A stretch of 64,000 bases of DNA, taken from the NCBI RefSeq assembly GCF_009914755.1, contig NC_060929.1, one strand, 5' to 3'. The DNA is from the human T2T-CHM13v2.0 reference genome, Homo sapiens. Each line of letters starts with the position of its first letter. The first letter of the stretch is position 1. Of the stretch, positions 63,629 through 64,000 are shown piece after piece. Under the pieces are notes generated by a model, which saw nothing but the letters and a program-made list of their open reading frames with translations, searched no databases and was not told the DNA's origin. Both the position numbers and the translations under genes were made by a program.

Positions 63629-64000
63629 CATTCCCACAAACTGCGTTGTGATGTGTTCGTTCATCTCACAGAGTTTAACCTTTCTTTTCGTAGAGCAGTT
63701 AGGAAACAGTCTGTTTGTAAATTCTGTAAGTGGATATTCTGACATCTTGTGGCCTTCGTTGGAAACGGGATTTCTTCATATTCTGCTAGACAGAAGAATT
63801 CTCAGAATCTTCCTTGTGTTGTGTGTATTCAACTCACACAGTTGAACGATACTTTACACAGAGCAGACTTGAAACGCTCTTTTTGTGGAATTTGCAAGTG
63901 GAGATTTCAGCCGCGTTGAGGTCAATGGTAGAAAAGGAAATATCTTCGTATAAAAACTAGACAGAATGATTCTCAGAAACTCCTTTGTGATGTGTGTGTT

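Larger units (their letters stand above)
1..64000 (+). repeat. Alpha-satellite (alphoid) centromeric HOR array, dimeric SF1 type (J1/J2-like), ~376 monomers / ~188 dimers, running off both window ends
   Basis: Continuous ~170 bp monomers with alphoid hallmarks (TTCAACTCACAGAGTT, GAAACACTCT, CTAGACAGAA). Strict 339-342 bp dimer periodicity, a CENP-B box in every second monomer, GAATTC once per dimer, and the same strand throughout. Monomer counts are estimated as length/170. Confidence 0.99.

Noticed and set aside
307-63845. About 200 short ORFs (60-111 aa; MILRNSF.., MFPNCSMKRK.., MQLASGDF..)
   Set aside because: They are translations of satellite monomers that recur with the repeat period on both strands, many from non-ATG starts. 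Single SNVs and indels freely create or destroy them, and there is no gene context. Similar 'hypothetical proteins' in databases are generally attributed to human alphoid contamination.
1-64000. CRISPR-like array of conserved motifs with spacers
   Set aside because: The intervening sequences are themselves near-identical repeats, not unique spacers. The period is 170/340 bp and there are no cas genes.
1-64000. Transposon insertion (L1/Alu), inversion or non-alphoid island
   Set aside because: Every B4 interval is within a few bp of a multiple of 340 and all monomers read in one orientation. I saw no poly-A tail, target-site duplication or foreign sequence.
1-64000. Definite chromosome or species assignment (chr1/5/19 vs chr16; human vs other great ape)
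   Set aside because: These SF1 arrays share very similar monomers. Assignment needs HMM or k-mer comparison against reference centromeres, which I cannot run.

Overview
The whole 64 kb window is one uninterrupted, single-orientation array of primate (most likely human) centromeric alpha-satellite DNA. It belongs to the dimeric suprachromosomal family 1 type: alternating ~169 bp CENP-B-box monomers and ~171 bp A-type monomers give a 340 bp dimer with one EcoRI site. By recollection the monomers resemble the D1Z7/D5Z2/D19Z3 and D16Z2 group, but I cannot assign the chromosome without alignment. I see no genes, RNA genes, CRISPR arrays, transposon insertions or inversions, and all listed ORFs are repeat artefacts. 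Working labels used below (mine): B1 (CTGCTCTGCG..GGATAATTTG..CATGTAAGG), A1 (GACTTGTAAC..GAAGTCAA), B2/B6 (CTCCTTTG..CATATAAGG), A2/A6 (CTTTCATTT..GAGGCCAAAGG), B3 (as B1 but GGATATTTTG..CCTGTAAGG), A3 (GTTCCCTTAGAC..GCAATTGGC..GTTTCAAAA), B4 (CATTCCCACAAAC..CATATTCTG), A4 (CAGAATCTT..GATGGTTT), B5 (CTTCTTTG..CATACTGTG), A5 (GACTTGAAAC..CAGCCGCGTTG). The commonest higher-order repeat (HOR) is a ~2038 bp 12-mer, made of an 8-monomer core (B3 A3 B4 A4 B5 A5 B6 A6) plus a 680 bp 4-mer cassette (B1 A1 B2 A2). B4-to-B4 spacing runs 12,12,12,8,8,8,12,8,2,12,2,22,12,12,8,10,10,8,12,12,12,14,16,28,28,22,12,12,22 monomers. I found no new protein-coding system. The interest lies in the high HOR structural variation, nested duplications, hybrid monomers, an SNV haplotype transition near 21-27 kb and scattered CENP-B box losses.
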